Made by a program: the position numbers and the translations under genes
Shown: in pieces, positions 42,954 through 53,631 of the stretch
Layout of the letters: the number at the start of each line of letters is the position of its first letter
How positions within the stretch are numbered: the stretch's first letter is position 1
The notes under the pieces: model-generated
Database searches by the model: none
Told to the model about the DNA's origin: nothing
What the model saw: the letters and a program-made list of their open reading frames with translations, nothing else
NCBI GenBank assembly: GCA_049971805.1
Contig: JBMFKU010000005.1
Span: 13,882-77,881 of the forward strand
Source: Caldisphaera sp.
GTDB lineage: Archaea; Thermoproteota; Thermoprotei_A; Sulfolobales; Acidilobaceae
DNA: 64,000 bases
Reading direction: 5' to 3'

Positions 42954-43189
42954 TATTATGTTGTTATAATACACATTATGTGCTAATCTAAAATTATAAT
43001 AAATCCTTCTCTACTTTAAAGGATCTTTAGTTATAAAAGCAGATTTTCGAATGTTTTTACTTCTTTAAAATTTTATTAATTATTTAAAATATAGTATTTA
43101 ATTATTATAACTCCTTTAAGCCTTTAATTTTTATTAAAGGCTCTTTCCCTTTAAAATACCTTTTTTCTAGTTAAAGATAGGCTATAGCT

Positions 43190-44353
43190 ATGTGGTTTGA
43201 AATAGCAATGCTGTTTATGGGTTTACTTTCAGCCATGGATATAGGCATATTTACATATATAGGATACAGAACATCTGTAACTCCTTTTGAGTATGGATTG
43301 ATAGGTGCGCTATGGAGTGCCACTTTTATAATATCAAATCTTATTTTTGGAAGACTATCAGATAAGGGGAAAAACAAATTACTTATAAGCATATCATTCT
43401 TCTCTATTTTAATAACTGGTCTATTGTTTACATTTCACAGTTTGACAAGCTTAGCTATAGCCTATATGTTCCATGCTTTAAGTGTTGCTTCTTCTAATTT
43501 GGCTATATCAACAACTATTTTTGAAATGAAAAGCAGCAATAAATGGAAATTTTATACAGAGCTGCAAAGATTTTCTCTATATTCAATTAGGGGCTTAGCT
43601 TTAGTTTCTCTATACTTTATTAGAAATATATTTCAACTAGATTATTTTATCTATTTTACAGTTTTTATAGGGTTGGCAACATTTTTTACGATACCTTCTT
43701 TACAATTAAAAGTTGAAAGATCATTGCATTCATTATCAAAAGGATTTGATTCTATAACTAGCTATGTAAAGATGCTCTCATATATAGCATATGATAATGC
43801 CTTTGCATTGCCTAATGCAGTTAAAAGAGGTTATTTTAATAAAAAGAACTTGTCATCAAAAAATATTGCTCTATCAATGTTTTTTGTTACACTGGCAGGA
43901 GATTATATTTTTACAGCATTGCCTCTCTTAGCTAAATCCACCATTAGTTTAGGATTATTATGGTTTTCATATGGTATTTCAGGCATTATTATGGCTATTT
44001 CCTTAATTTTAATCTCTTTAATTTCATCAAATAGTAAAGGATTGGCAATTTTAGCTATACTATTTAGAGGTTTATGGCTTGTCATAGCAATATCATTGAT
44101 AAAGGACTTCGTTAGCTTAATAGTTTTTATAACAATATCTTATATGCTTTTTAGTATAATTGATATAATTTTGTACAATTCGTTTTCAGAGAGTTCTAGT
44201 GGATATGGGTCTCATTCATATTATATGCTTAGAGAACTAGGTACATTAATTGGATCAATGATTGTTGGATTAACATTAGAAAGAGGAGAAATTATATTTG
44301 ATTCTGTACCATTAATTTCTACTGCTTTATCTATTATATTTATTATTTTATAG
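43190..44353 (+). CDS. MFS-like transporter
   Basis: GRLSDKG motif A, about 12 TM segments. Confidence 0.8.
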   Translation: MWFEIAMLFMGLLSAMDIGIFTYIGYRTSVTPFEYGLIGALWSATFIISNLIFGRLSDKGKNKLLISISFFSILITGLLFTFHSLTSLAIAYMFHALSVASSNLAISTTIFEMKSSNKWKFYTELQRFSLYSIRGLALVSLYFIRNIFQLDYFIYFTVFIGLATFFTIPSLQLKVERSLHSLSKGFDSITSYVKMLSYIAYDNAFALPNAVKRGYFNKKNLSSKNIALSMFFVTLAGDYIFTALPLLAKSTISLGLLWFSYGISGIIMAISLILISLISSNSKGLAILAILFRGLWLVIAISLIKDFVSLIVFITISYMLFSIIDIILYNSFSESSSGYGSHSYYMLRELGTLIGSMIVGLTLERGEIIFDSVPLISTALSIIFIIL

Positions 44354-44408
44354 GAATAAAAAGGAAGAAGTAATTTAAGTACAAAAATTAATAAAATAAT
44401 TTAGAAAG

Positions 44409-45233
44409 ATGGTGTCTATGCCTAGAAAAGGAAGAAAAAAAGATAAACACGAAAGCAAAGACAAGAACTTAAGTAATAATGAAAATAAGAAAACTAATAA
44501 TAAGGGTAAAAAAAGTAAGAAGCAACCAAAGCTTAGCAATGAAGAATTAGAAAAATTTGTTGAGGATATATCAAATGAACTCATTGGCAAACTAGGACTA
44601 GATCTAATTGGTTTAAACCCAGAGGATATAAAAAATATCGTTGAAGAAGTAATAATTTCTATATCGGAGTCTAGAGTTACGAAACCAAGCGAGGAATCCA
44701 TAATAAAAAAGGTTTTATTATCAAAAGAGCAATTTATGAAAAGCATTGCATCTATTTTATTAGAAGAAGGAAAAATAAATGATAGAGAAAGGCTAGAGTT
44801 TTTGATAGCATACGCCCCTGATATAGCTGGCAAAGCTACTCCTATTTTGTATCAAATAGCTAAAAAATTAAATGCAAACGATATAATAGAAAGTTTAAGA
44901 CAGCTTTGGAACATGTATGGTAAACCTACTCCAATAAAATGTCCTAGATGTGGATTTAATTCAGTTATGCCTGACCTAACCTGTATAATATGCGGGGCTA
45001 TTCTAGACGAAAAAGAAATTAAAGAAAGTCTGGATTTTCAAAATTCATTAAAAGATCTAACAAGACATTACAATACAAGGCTTATAGAGGAAATAATCAA
45101 CTCTGGTTACGTAATATATGATGGAGAAATTAAACCCCCAAGCCTGTTAGAAAAAGATAGGATAAGCATAGCAATTCATTTAAATAAAAATGAAAAAGAC
45201 TATTTAAAAGCATTAATATCTAATCTAGCTTAG
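44409..45233 (+). CDS. Hypothetical protein with basic N-tail and Zn ribbon
   Basis: CPRC...CIIC; Lys-rich N-terminus. Confidence 0.7.
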   Translation: MVSMPRKGRKKDKHESKDKNLSNNENKKTNNKGKKSKKQPKLSNEELEKFVEDISNELIGKLGLDLIGLNPEDIKNIVEEVIISISESRVTKPSEESIIKKVLLSKEQFMKSIASILLEEGKINDRERLEFLIAYAPDIAGKATPILYQIAKKLNANDIIESLRQLWNMYGKPTPIKCPRCGFNSVMPDLTCIICGAILDEKEIKESLDFQNSLKDLTRHYNTRLIEEIINSGYVIYDGEIKPPSLLEKDRISIAIHLNKNEKDYLKALISNLA

Positions 45234-46073
45234 GAATTCTATATCAATGTTTTCAAGGTTTAGCTTTTTACATACTTTACAGACATCTTTACTTGAAAAT
45301 CCTCCACAGATCTTGCACCTATTTGCATTAATAGACCTAAACTTTTGAATAATTTTCTCCGATCCAAAATCAAGTTCAGGCCTATTACCACCTATTGAGT
45401 AAAAGACACTTTTTGATTTAATATATGGATAACACAATGGTTTTACAATAATTTTAGCAATTATCTCATATGCAGATAAAGTTTCTCCCTCGATTGATGC
45501 AAATGGATAAAATATATTTAATCCGTTAAACTCTAATGTATCATAGGTCTCTGAAATAAAATCTCTTTGCCCATTTAACAATGAGTCTACCAGAATTAAT
45601 GATATATCAGTTCTCGTTATAGGTAAAGCAATATTTTCATAACCTATTTCTTTACTTGCTTTAATGCTCCATGCTCTTTCAAATCTAATGCATTCCTGCA
45701 ATGATATATTTTTTAGAGCATCATAATTAAAATTATTTATTTTTATTCCGATAATATCACTTCTATCGTTTTTATCAAGCAATCCGATAATATCACTTCT
45801 ATTATATACATTTGGTACTAATATAACTATTTTTGATTTAAACCTTTTTTCAATCCTAGAAAGCATGTTGGCTAAAACTATGGAAGAGCTGGGTGCAAAA
45901 AAGGTTATTGGTATTACAATTTTGCTGTTTATATTTAGGATTTTTATCTTACTTATTTCTTTTTTTACATCTTTTTCTACAGAATTATTTAAGCATTTTG
46001 CGCACAAAGCTTCTCCACTATATCTTCTATAATATACAGCCTCTCTTTTTTTGCAGACTGAACACAATACCAT
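45225..46073 (-). CDS. Ncs6/TtuA tRNA thiolase paralogue with degenerate PP-loop
   Basis: N-terminal CSVC..YRRYSGEALCAKC and C-terminal CKIC..CKVC Zn fingers; SGGKDS absent. Confidence 0.75.
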   Translation of the reverse strand: MVLCSVCKKREAVYYRRYSGEALCAKCLNNSVEKDVKKEISKIKILNINSKIVIPITFFAPSSSIVLANMLSRIEKRFKSKIVILVPNVYNRSDIIGLLDKNDRSDIIGIKINNFNYDALKNISLQECIRFERAWSIKASKEIGYENIALPITRTDISLILVDSLLNGQRDFISETYDTLEFNGLNIFYPFASIEGETLSAYEIIAKIIVKPLCYPYIKSKSVFYSIGGNRPELDFGSEKIIQKFRSINANRCKICGGFSSKDVCKVCKKLNLENIDIEFLS

Positions 46074-46365
46074 TTAAAATCTCCATTAATTCTAATAATA
46101 ATTTAATAATTAAAACTTTTGCAAAAGGGTAAACAATTAATATAAGGTAATACAGAATATATGAATAATTAGGGTACTGCAACAAAATAAATTGTGTATT
46201 CATATAGGTGATGAAAATGCAAATAATACCATTTAAAATAAGCAAATATAAACCCCTGTTACAAAAAGTTATATTGCTAAATAGGATTCTTATTATTTAC
46301 CCTGGCAGAACTTACTTAAATTACACAGACCTAGATAGGCTAGAAAGCTTATGAAGGTGTGAAAT

Positions 46366-49300
46366 ATGACTAATAATGAGCTTAAACAATTACAACTAAT
46401 AAAGGAATCTACTTTTAAGCCAGAGATAGAGAAAGAGGCTAGAAAGCTTCTTTTAAAAGAAATCTATGAAGATGTAACAAAATGGTATTCTAAGAATGCC
46501 CCTAATGGGGGAAGGCTTGCAGATTTACCTCAATGTGTTAAAGATTATTTAGAAGATAAAAGAAATGAGCCGTGTGAAGATGATATTGTCTTTACATATA
46601 ATGCCATAAAGGTCTTGCAATCGAGATATATTATAAAAAGTCCTTTTCTTACACCCATGGAAACACCTTCGATGGTTATGAGAAGAGTTGCAGAAGGTTT
46701 TTCGTCCAGAGTAGATAAAGAAAGGCTCTACAACTTATTAATCCAAGGTAAATTTATGTTCAACTCACCCACGCTATTTAACATGTTTGTTGATGGTGCT
46801 AAAGGAGCATTAAGTGCATGCTACGTTACCCCAGTATTTGATAGCATGGAAGGCATACTAGATGGAGTAAAGACTCAAGCACTAACATTTAAATATGGTG
46901 GAGGTCAAGGTTTTAGCTTTTCTGAACTAAGACCTAGAGGAGATATTGTTGCAGGCACAAGTGGAGTTGCTAGTGGTCCGTTAAGCTTTATGAGGCTTTA
47001 TGATGTAGCAACAGACGTAGTTAAACAAGGTGGCAAGAGAAGAGGAGCCAATATGGGTATATTGCATGTATGGCATCCAGACATATATAACCCAGACTAT
47101 GATCCTTGGCGGGCTTTATCTAATACTCTCCCACCACAGGTAAAGATGTTTATTAAGGCAATAAGAGACGCTTTCGATCAAATTGAAAAAGATGGTTCAT
47201 ACGAAGTAAATCCGATACTGAGAGAAATGGCAGATAGGCTATCTAAAGATAGCATTTTTGTACCAGAAGATGCAGGCTTTATACAAGCTAAGAAAAGTCC
47301 AATGCAAGACTCATTTTTAACTAACTTTAATATAAGTGTTGGTATAAATGATGCCTTTATGAAATCTGTTATAGAAGGTAATGATTGGTGGATGGTAAAT
47401 CCCAGATACAGCAAAGATAGCGACGGGATTTACAGGATACATTATAGTATTAGTAATGAAACCAGTCTCGGTAGGATTGGAAAATTAATAAAGGAAAACA
47501 AATGGTTGCTAGAAAACCCGTATTTAAATATTTTTGAAGATGTTATGGAAAAAGCCAAATCAATAGCCATAAATGATTTAATAGAAGGTAAAAAAGAAGT
47601 AGATTTTAGTAAAAGAAATACCAGGGCATGGAAAATTAATGCGAGACTTCTATGGGAAGAGATTATAAAATCTGCATGGGAAGGAGGGGATCCTGGACTA
47701 ATATTTTCTGACAACCACAATAAATGGAATCCAACACCCTGGCTTGGTACAGTTACTGCGACAAATCCATGTGTTGTTGGTAACACAAGGGTTCTGACAC
47801 CATCAGGATTTATAAAAATTGAGGATCTTTATAATAATTTAAAAATCTTGGTACCTAATAATAATGTGATGTATTCTGAAAATGTTGAAGAAGATGGAGA
47901 TAAGTTTGGATATCCATTAAAAATCTTGGTACCTAATAATAATGTGATGTATTCTGAAAATGTTGAAGAAGATGGAGATAAATCCTTAGCACCTAATGGT
48001 AACTCTTTACTTCTTGTAAAAACTAAAGAAAAGGAGCTTAGAATTGATAACCTATCTACTATTGATTCATATGTGTGGAAGATAGGTACAAAAAAGGTCT
48101 ATAAAATTATATTTAATGAAGGGCTTGAACTCGAAGCAACTGGAGACCATAGAGTCCTTACTGATAACGGCTTTAAGGAAGTGTTAGAGCTGAAGCCTGG
48201 AGATATGGTAAAAGTTGCAAGAATTGATATTGATCAACTTAGTAACTATGGAATAAAGTACTTTAATGGAGTCAAACTAACAAAGGAGCTTGGATTCATA
48301 CTCGGTTGGTTAGTTGGCAATGGTTATATAAAGGAAGAATCGAAAAAAGTGAGAGTAGATCTTTACTTTAATGCAACAGAAGAATATGTTGCTAAGATGA
48401 TTATCAACTATATATGGGAAAGCTTTGGTTACAAGCCCAAATTATATAAGAGTAATGGGAAGTTATCACTTACTATAAATAATGGGAAGGTTGCTGAAAT
48501 ACTTAAAATGCTTATGAAAGGCGATACAATACCAGAGGTTGTATATAGAGCTAGCCCAGAATTTGTAAAAGGATTCCTAAGCGGGTTGTTCTCTGTTAAT
48601 AGCTATGTTGATAATTACGGCACTATAAGACTAAAATCACCAAGAATTGAATTACTAAAAGAAGTTCAGAAATTACTTACCCTTCTTGGAATTCAATCTA
48701 CTATAGATGATAACTTAAACACAAAAATCTTAAAGCACCTCAATAGAAATGGCGAAACAAAAGAATATAATTCACATAAATATTATGAACTTATGATAAG
48801 AAACTATAGCAAAAAGGTATTCGCTGACAAGGTTACTCTTATCAAACACAAACAGGAGAAATTGATGGGCACACTTAGCATGATTAGTATGGATAAGCCT
48901 TTTGTTACAGTTAAGGAGGTAGTCTATGTTGGCGAAAAGATAGTATATGATACAACAGTACCAAAATTACATTATTATGTTACCAACTCAATTATTAGTC
49001 ACAATTGTGGAGAACAACACCTATACCCATTTGAAAGTTGTAATCTAGGCTCCATAGACGTAAGCAGGTACATAAATAATGGAACATTTGATTTAGAGAG
49101 TTTTTCAAAGGATTTGCCAACAATAGTTGACTCTATGGATGCTGTGATAGATTTAAATAAGCATCCAGATAGGAGACAAACACTAATAAACTCAATAACC
49201 AGAAAAATAGGTCTTGGAATAATGGGGTTAGCAAATGCCCTAGCTCTTTTAGGATATCCTTATGATAGTGATGAAGCTGTAGCTTTTACTTTGATAACAA

Positions 49301-50583
49301 CTGCAGCAATAGAAATATATGCATGGAAGAGAAGTTGGGAGCTTGGTGCAAAATTAGGTCATGCACCAGCTTTTGAATGCAAAAGATGGGATTGGAAAGA
49401 GATGAAATGTGTTGAAAAAGCCCTGCCAGAAGAAACCCTACCTTTACATACACCTGCTTTACTAAAGGCAAAAGATGTTATGAAATTTGAGGATAGCTGG
49501 TTAAAGGTAAAATACCATGATGTTAAGATACCTGAAGATATAATGAAAAGGCTTTTAGGAGAAACTGCTAACAGGATAGAGCAAGATGGATCGATTAAAT
49601 TAATTAAAGAAGATAGGTTTTATGAGGTTTTAAAGATATTTGGAATAACAAACAATACATTTGAAGAAATAAGAGATAGGTTTGACATCAACAATAGTAG
49701 GCATCTATTAGCATTAGCTTTAATTGATCCAGAAAAGGCATGGGAAGTACTAAAGACCTATGGAAAGTCTATAGGTGCAAGAGCTCCAAGAAACACTGTA
49801 GTAAATACCGTTGCTCCAACAGGTACAATAAGCATAATTTCAGGTACAAGCAGCGGTATAGAACCATATTTTGCTTTAGTTTATTTAAGGAGAGTAGCAG
49901 TTGGGGAGTTTTGGGAAACAATAGCTATATTCAGAGATAAAATACTGGAGCTTTCAAAGAAATATAACCTCTCAGAAGATTTTTTGGAAGGTTTATTTAA
50001 GTTGATTTCAAATCATAAAGGGAGCATTAGATGGGCTCTTAATGATATAGAGAAGTTTATTTCTGAATATAGAATGGAGGATAAGAACGGTAAGATAACG
50101 GTTAAGTCTGGGTTCGATTATTCTGCCTTACTTAATGATATAAGAAAACTAGCAAATCTATTCCCGACAAGCATGGACTTTGATATATGGTATCATGCCT
50201 CTCATCAAATAGCGTCTCAAATATATACAGATCAAGCAATAAGCAAGACGATAAATTTGCCAAGCGATGCAAATTTAGATGCAGTATTTTCCTCTTATTT
50301 GATAGCATGGTTGGGTGGATTAAAAGGTGTTACAATATATAGAGATGAGAGTAAGGGAATACAGGTAATATATTTTGGTGGAGAAGCAAAAAATATTACA
50401 ATCCAACCTATAAAACCTAAAAAGAAATCAAGAATGATACTAATAAGAAAGGAAATGAAAATTAGTGATGTTGAGTCTGATAGAAAATTGTCCCAATTGT
50501 TTGGATTATCAAAGGATAGCAAAAGCGGAATTGTTAGCGTAAAACCTGATGAAAATAGCACATGTAAAACATGTGACCTATAA
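46366..50583 (+). CDS. nrdJ: Class II (B12-dependent) ribonucleotide reductase with intein
   Basis: NSPTL, SACYV, GGKRRGANM, NP|intein|CGEQ, APTGTIS, KGVTIYRD, C-terminal CKTC. Confidence 0.95.
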   Translation: MTNNELKQLQLIKESTFKPEIEKEARKLLLKEIYEDVTKWYSKNAPNGGRLADLPQCVKDYLEDKRNEPCEDDIVFTYNAIKVLQSRYIIKSPFLTPMETPSMVMRRVAEGFSSRVDKERLYNLLIQGKFMFNSPTLFNMFVDGAKGALSACYVTPVFDSMEGILDGVKTQALTFKYGGGQGFSFSELRPRGDIVAGTSGVASGPLSFMRLYDVATDVVKQGGKRRGANMGILHVWHPDIYNPDYDPWRALSNTLPPQVKMFIKAIRDAFDQIEKDGSYEVNPILREMADRLSKDSIFVPEDAGFIQAKKSPMQDSFLTNFNISVGINDAFMKSVIEGNDWWMVNPRYSKDSDGIYRIHYSISNETSLGRIGKLIKENKWLLENPYLNIFEDVMEKAKSIAINDLIEGKKEVDFSKRNTRAWKINARLLWEEIIKSAWEGGDPGLIFSDNHNKWNPTPWLGTVTATNPCVVGNTRVLTPSGFIKIEDLYNNLKILVPNNNVMYSENVEEDGDKFGYPLKILVPNNNVMYSENVEEDGDKSLAPNGNSLLLVKTKEKELRIDNLSTIDSYVWKIGTKKVYKIIFNEGLELEATGDHRVLTDNGFKEVLELKPGDMVKVARIDIDQLSNYGIKYFNGVKLTKELGFILGWLVGNGYIKEESKKVRVDLYFNATEEYVAKMIINYIWESFGYKPKLYKSNGKLSLTINNGKVAEILKMLMKGDTIPEVVYRASPEFVKGFLSGLFSVNSYVDNYGTIRLKSPRIELLKEVQKLLTLLGIQSTIDDNLNTKILKHLNRNGETKEYNSHKYYELMIRNYSKKVFADKVTLIKHKQEKLMGTLSMISMDKPFVTVKEVVYVGEKIVYDTTVPKLHYYVTNSIISHNCGEQHLYPFESCNLGSIDVSRYINNGTFDLESFSKDLPTIVDSMDAVIDLNKHPDRRQTLINSITRKIGLGIMGLANALALLGYPYDSDEAVAFTLITTAAIEIYAWKRSWELGAKLGHAPAFECKRWDWKEMKCVEKALPEETLPLHTPALLKAKDVMKFEDSWLKVKYHDVKIPEDIMKRLLGETANRIEQDGSIKLIKEDRFYEVLKIFGITNNTFEEIRDRFDINNSRHLLALALIDPEKAWEVLKTYGKSIGARAPRNTVVNTVAPTGTISIISGTSSGIEPYFALVYLRRVAVGEFWETIAIFRDKILELSKKYNLSEDFLEGLFKLISNHKGSIRWALNDIEKFISEYRMEDKNGKITVKSGFDYSALLNDIRKLANLFPTSMDFDIWYHASHQIASQIYTDQAISKTINLPSDANLDAVFSSYLIAWLGGLKGVTIYRDESKGIQVIYFGGEAKNITIQPIKPKKKSRMILIRKEMKISDVESDRKLSQLFGLSKDSKSGIVSVKPDENSTCKTCDL
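47770..49005 (+). mobile_element. Intein (412 aa) with degenerate LAGLIDADG endonuclease
   Basis: Block A CVVGNTRV, block B ATGDH, block F VYD, block G SHN followed by the RNR catalytic Cys of NP-CGE. Confidence 0.93.
47839..47981 (+). repeat. Exact 65-bp direct repeat, 78-bp period, inside the intein
   Basis: 47839-47903 = 47917-47981; encodes LKILVPNNNVMYSENVEEDGDK twice. Confidence 0.95.
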
Positions 50584-50651
50584 TTTTTTAATTTAAAAAG
50601 AAAAGTCTTATTATATGTAAAAACAAAGATAAAAAGGGTGTTCCAGAGAAG

Positions 50652-51146
50652 ATGGGTAAAAAAGGTTCCAAGAGCGCTGGAAATGTGTTAGTTGCTTCTG
50701 TCATAATAATTATTATAGCATTATTATTAATTGGTTACTTCTCTTATGGAGTAACAGCAGTAATAGTTGATGGAATAAGCATGAAACCAACGCTGCACAG
50801 CGGTGATATAGTGTTTTCGTATAAGGAACCTTATAATAAAATTGATATAGGCAACATAGTCATATATAGATATTATGATATGCTTATAATACATAGAGTT
50901 ATAGGAGAATACTATCATAATGGCATTCTGTGCTTTATTATAAAGGGTGATAATAATCCTGTTCCAGACCCTGGTTATCCTAACTATTGCGGCTATTATT
51001 CTGTAGATGGATTTACAACAGGAGGTGTTCCTTATTGGGAAATTAAAGGAGTTGTTTACACGATTAACGGAAACACTCCATTAGTAATACCGTACATAGG
51101 ATCTATGACACTAGCAATCAGAGGAACAGGAAATGATGTAATATAA
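50652..51146 (+). CDS. Signal peptidase I (Sec11-type)
   Basis: GISMKP, IIHRV, KGDNN. Confidence 0.92.
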   Translation: MGKKGSKSAGNVLVASVIIIIIALLLIGYFSYGVTAVIVDGISMKPTLHSGDIVFSYKEPYNKIDIGNIVIYRYYDMLIIHRVIGEYYHNGILCFIIKGDNNPVPDPGYPNYCGYYSVDGFTTGGVPYWEIKGVVYTINGNTPLVIPYIGSMTLAIRGTGNDVI

Positions 51147-51157
51147 TAAAGTAACCA

Positions 51158-53215
51158 TTAATGTTTATCTTTAGATAACAAAAACTTTGAAGCTTCTCTT
51201 ATCCATAAACCAGTTGAACTATTTTTTATTAATTCATTTAATACTTCATTCTCACTTTTTTCAATTTTTTTCATTAATAATGACATGTTTTTTTCAATTT
51301 TTTTCATAGCTTCATAATGAAATTCGCAAAGGTTCGTATCGTATAGATTATATGAAGCTTCCCTATTACAAATTACACATCTTTTCTCAGGCTCTTTAAT
51401 ATTTAGAGAAACAGCCAATTTATCTCCTATTTCTTTATCAGCAAGCTTTTCTTCTATAAGCTTTACTAAAAATGACTTAGCTTCATCAATAACCTGATCC
51501 CTTGTATATTTTCCGCTTGAAATACCTTCAAGCTTTTCTTCAAAGCTTCTGGTTAATTCTGGAGATATTAACTCACTTGATATTGCCTCAATTGCTTTAT
51601 ATAAAGAGTAACCTAAATTTGTTACATAAGTTTTTCCTCCTTTTATAGAAAGATATTTTCTCCTATACAGCATCTCAATTATCCTTGCCCTAGTAGCCTT
51701 AGTCCCTATGTTTACTTTTTCCATCCATCTTAACAAGGAATACTTGCTTAAGGTCGTATTTGTTTTCGGCCATATTGTTTTTAATGAGACATTAACAACA
51801 TATACTTTATCCCCATTTTTTAAAACAGGTATTTCGTTTGCTTTTGGATAGGAAAATGTATAATATTTAAACCATCCTTCGTCTAATATTATTAAACCAT
51901 CAGCTTTATATTTTCTTTTTAGACCATCTAAAAGCTCTGCATAACTCCTATTAACTACGGCTTGCTTACCAAAAGCAGCTAAAAATCTTCTTACTATGAG
52001 GTCATATATTTTAAACTGGTCTCCATATAGTTTCTTTTTTGGTATTTCCCCTGTAGGATATATAGCTGGGTGCGCTGGATCTTCTTCCTTTCCTTGTTTT
52101 GGGCTCAGATACCCCTTAGTTTCATTTAATATGCTGTTAGTTAAATCCTTATAATAGTTTTGCTTACCTAATCCATATATTATTTCTTTATAGTTTATAG
52201 TTTTAGGTAATTTTTGGCTATTTGTTCTAGGATAACTTATTAGAGCATCTAAATAAAGCTCTTCTGCAATACCTTGTGTTTTAAATGGCGAAAACCCATA
52301 TATTCTTGATGCCTCTTTTTGAAGATCACCTAAATTAAAAGCTGGTGGAGGATCAATCTTTTCTTTAAATTCTTGGTAACTACTGACAGTTAAAATTGGA
52401 TTGTTATTTAAATAGTTCACAACATCCTTTGCCTGCGAAATATTTTCTGGATACCAATCTTTAGTCGTTATTTGAAATTTTTTCTCATTAAATTCACCAA
52501 CAATGTTTATGTTAAATATTGGAATAGGTAAATAAAGATTTATTTCTTCCCACCTTTTTATAGCCTCTGCCAAAGTAGGGCTTTGTACCCTACCAGCACT
52601 CAAAGATATACTCTTCCCTGCAGAGATCTTAAATAATTTCATAAGTAATCTAGATACATTAATCCCCCAAAGCCAATCCAATTCATGTCTTGCAGAACCT
52701 GCATTTACATTATCCATATCAATATTGGTTAACTTATTAAATGCATTAATTATATCGGGTTTTGTTAAAGTAGAGTATTTCATTCTCATGCCTTTATTTA
52801 AGTCTCCAAAGTTCTCAATAATTTTATACCCTATAACGCTACCTTCTATATCATAATCGCATGCATTTACATACATATCAGCCTTTGGCAAAATATTTGA
52901 CATAAGCTGATAATACGGTTTTGTATAATAGGCACTCTTATCAAACTCCCATGTAGGTCTCCATATTATTTTTGTTATAGGTACGCCCTTTCCCCTTGTA
53001 GATGGCCCAAACAGATGGCCTGCACTTGGCAATACTAAAATTGTTTCTCCATTTTTATAAACTACCCAATAAGGAACCCTATAATAGTTGCATTTATTAT
53101 ATCTCCCTAAAGATCCTAAAGCATCAGCTATCTTTTCAGCTGCTTTTGGCTTTTCTGCAATTATTGCCACAAACCTTTTATTTACATTACAATCTGATTT
53201 ATTATATCTACTCAT
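51158..53215 (-). CDS. topA: Type IA DNA topoisomerase
   Basis: AEKP, DYDIEG, SAGRVQSP, ISYPRT, GTKATR. Confidence 0.96.
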   Translation of the reverse strand: MSRYNKSDCNVNKRFVAIIAEKPKAAEKIADALGSLGRYNKCNYYRVPYWVVYKNGETILVLPSAGHLFGPSTRGKGVPITKIIWRPTWEFDKSAYYTKPYYQLMSNILPKADMYVNACDYDIEGSVIGYKIIENFGDLNKGMRMKYSTLTKPDIINAFNKLTNIDMDNVNAGSARHELDWLWGINVSRLLMKLFKISAGKSISLSAGRVQSPTLAEAIKRWEEINLYLPIPIFNINIVGEFNEKKFQITTKDWYPENISQAKDVVNYLNNNPILTVSSYQEFKEKIDPPPAFNLGDLQKEASRIYGFSPFKTQGIAEELYLDALISYPRTNSQKLPKTINYKEIIYGLGKQNYYKDLTNSILNETKGYLSPKQGKEEDPAHPAIYPTGEIPKKKLYGDQFKIYDLIVRRFLAAFGKQAVVNRSYAELLDGLKRKYKADGLIILDEGWFKYYTFSYPKANEIPVLKNGDKVYVVNVSLKTIWPKTNTTLSKYSLLRWMEKVNIGTKATRARIIEMLYRRKYLSIKGGKTYVTNLGYSLYKAIEAISSELISPELTRSFEEKLEGISSGKYTRDQVIDEAKSFLVKLIEEKLADKEIGDKLAVSLNIKEPEKRCVICNREASYNLYDTNLCEFHYEAMKKIEKNMSLLMKKIEKSENEVLNELIKNSSTGLWIREASKFLLSKDKH

Positions 53216-53260
53216 AGATTTCCATCTTAATTATTGAGCTATAGAAATAAATATATGTTT

Positions 53261-53620
53261 TTATCTGTTATCACTACAAAAATCTGAAATTATATCTAAA
53301 ATTTTTTTTGCATTATTCTCATCAATTATATTTTCTTTTTCTTCTGGCAAAGATGATACTATAGAGATTAAAAATGGTATATCTTTCGGACATATGTTTA
53401 ATACCATGATAGCAGTTGTTTCTTTTATTTTAGCTTCTTCCGCTAATTTCTTTATCAATTGATAGGCTTTCTCATGATCTTTATTTCCAAAAGTTTTTAG
53501 ATAATCCCAGGTTTTTTCTTGTATTGCATTTAATTGAGAAGAACTAGACATCCTTTTTTCCATTAGCACCTTGGCTTGATAATATGTCAAATACTGCTTT
53601 GAAGAAATGGTTCTTTGCAT
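53261..53620 (-). CDS. rpo4: RNA polymerase subunit Rpo4 (F)
   Basis: LT..AK..., YLKTF, NICP; position after rpl21e. Confidence 0.85.
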   Translation of the reverse strand: MQRTISSKQYLTYYQAKVLMEKRMSSSSQLNAIQEKTWDYLKTFGNKDHEKAYQLIKKLAEEAKIKETTAIMVLNICPKDIPFLISIVSSLPEEKENIIDENNAKKILDIISDFCSDNR

Positions 53621-53631
53621 AACCTAAACCC

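Noticed and set aside
47839-47981. CRISPR-like repeat-spacer
   Set aside because: Only two 65-bp copies with a 13-bp gap, in frame inside a CDS; no CRISPR array or cas gene was seen in the window
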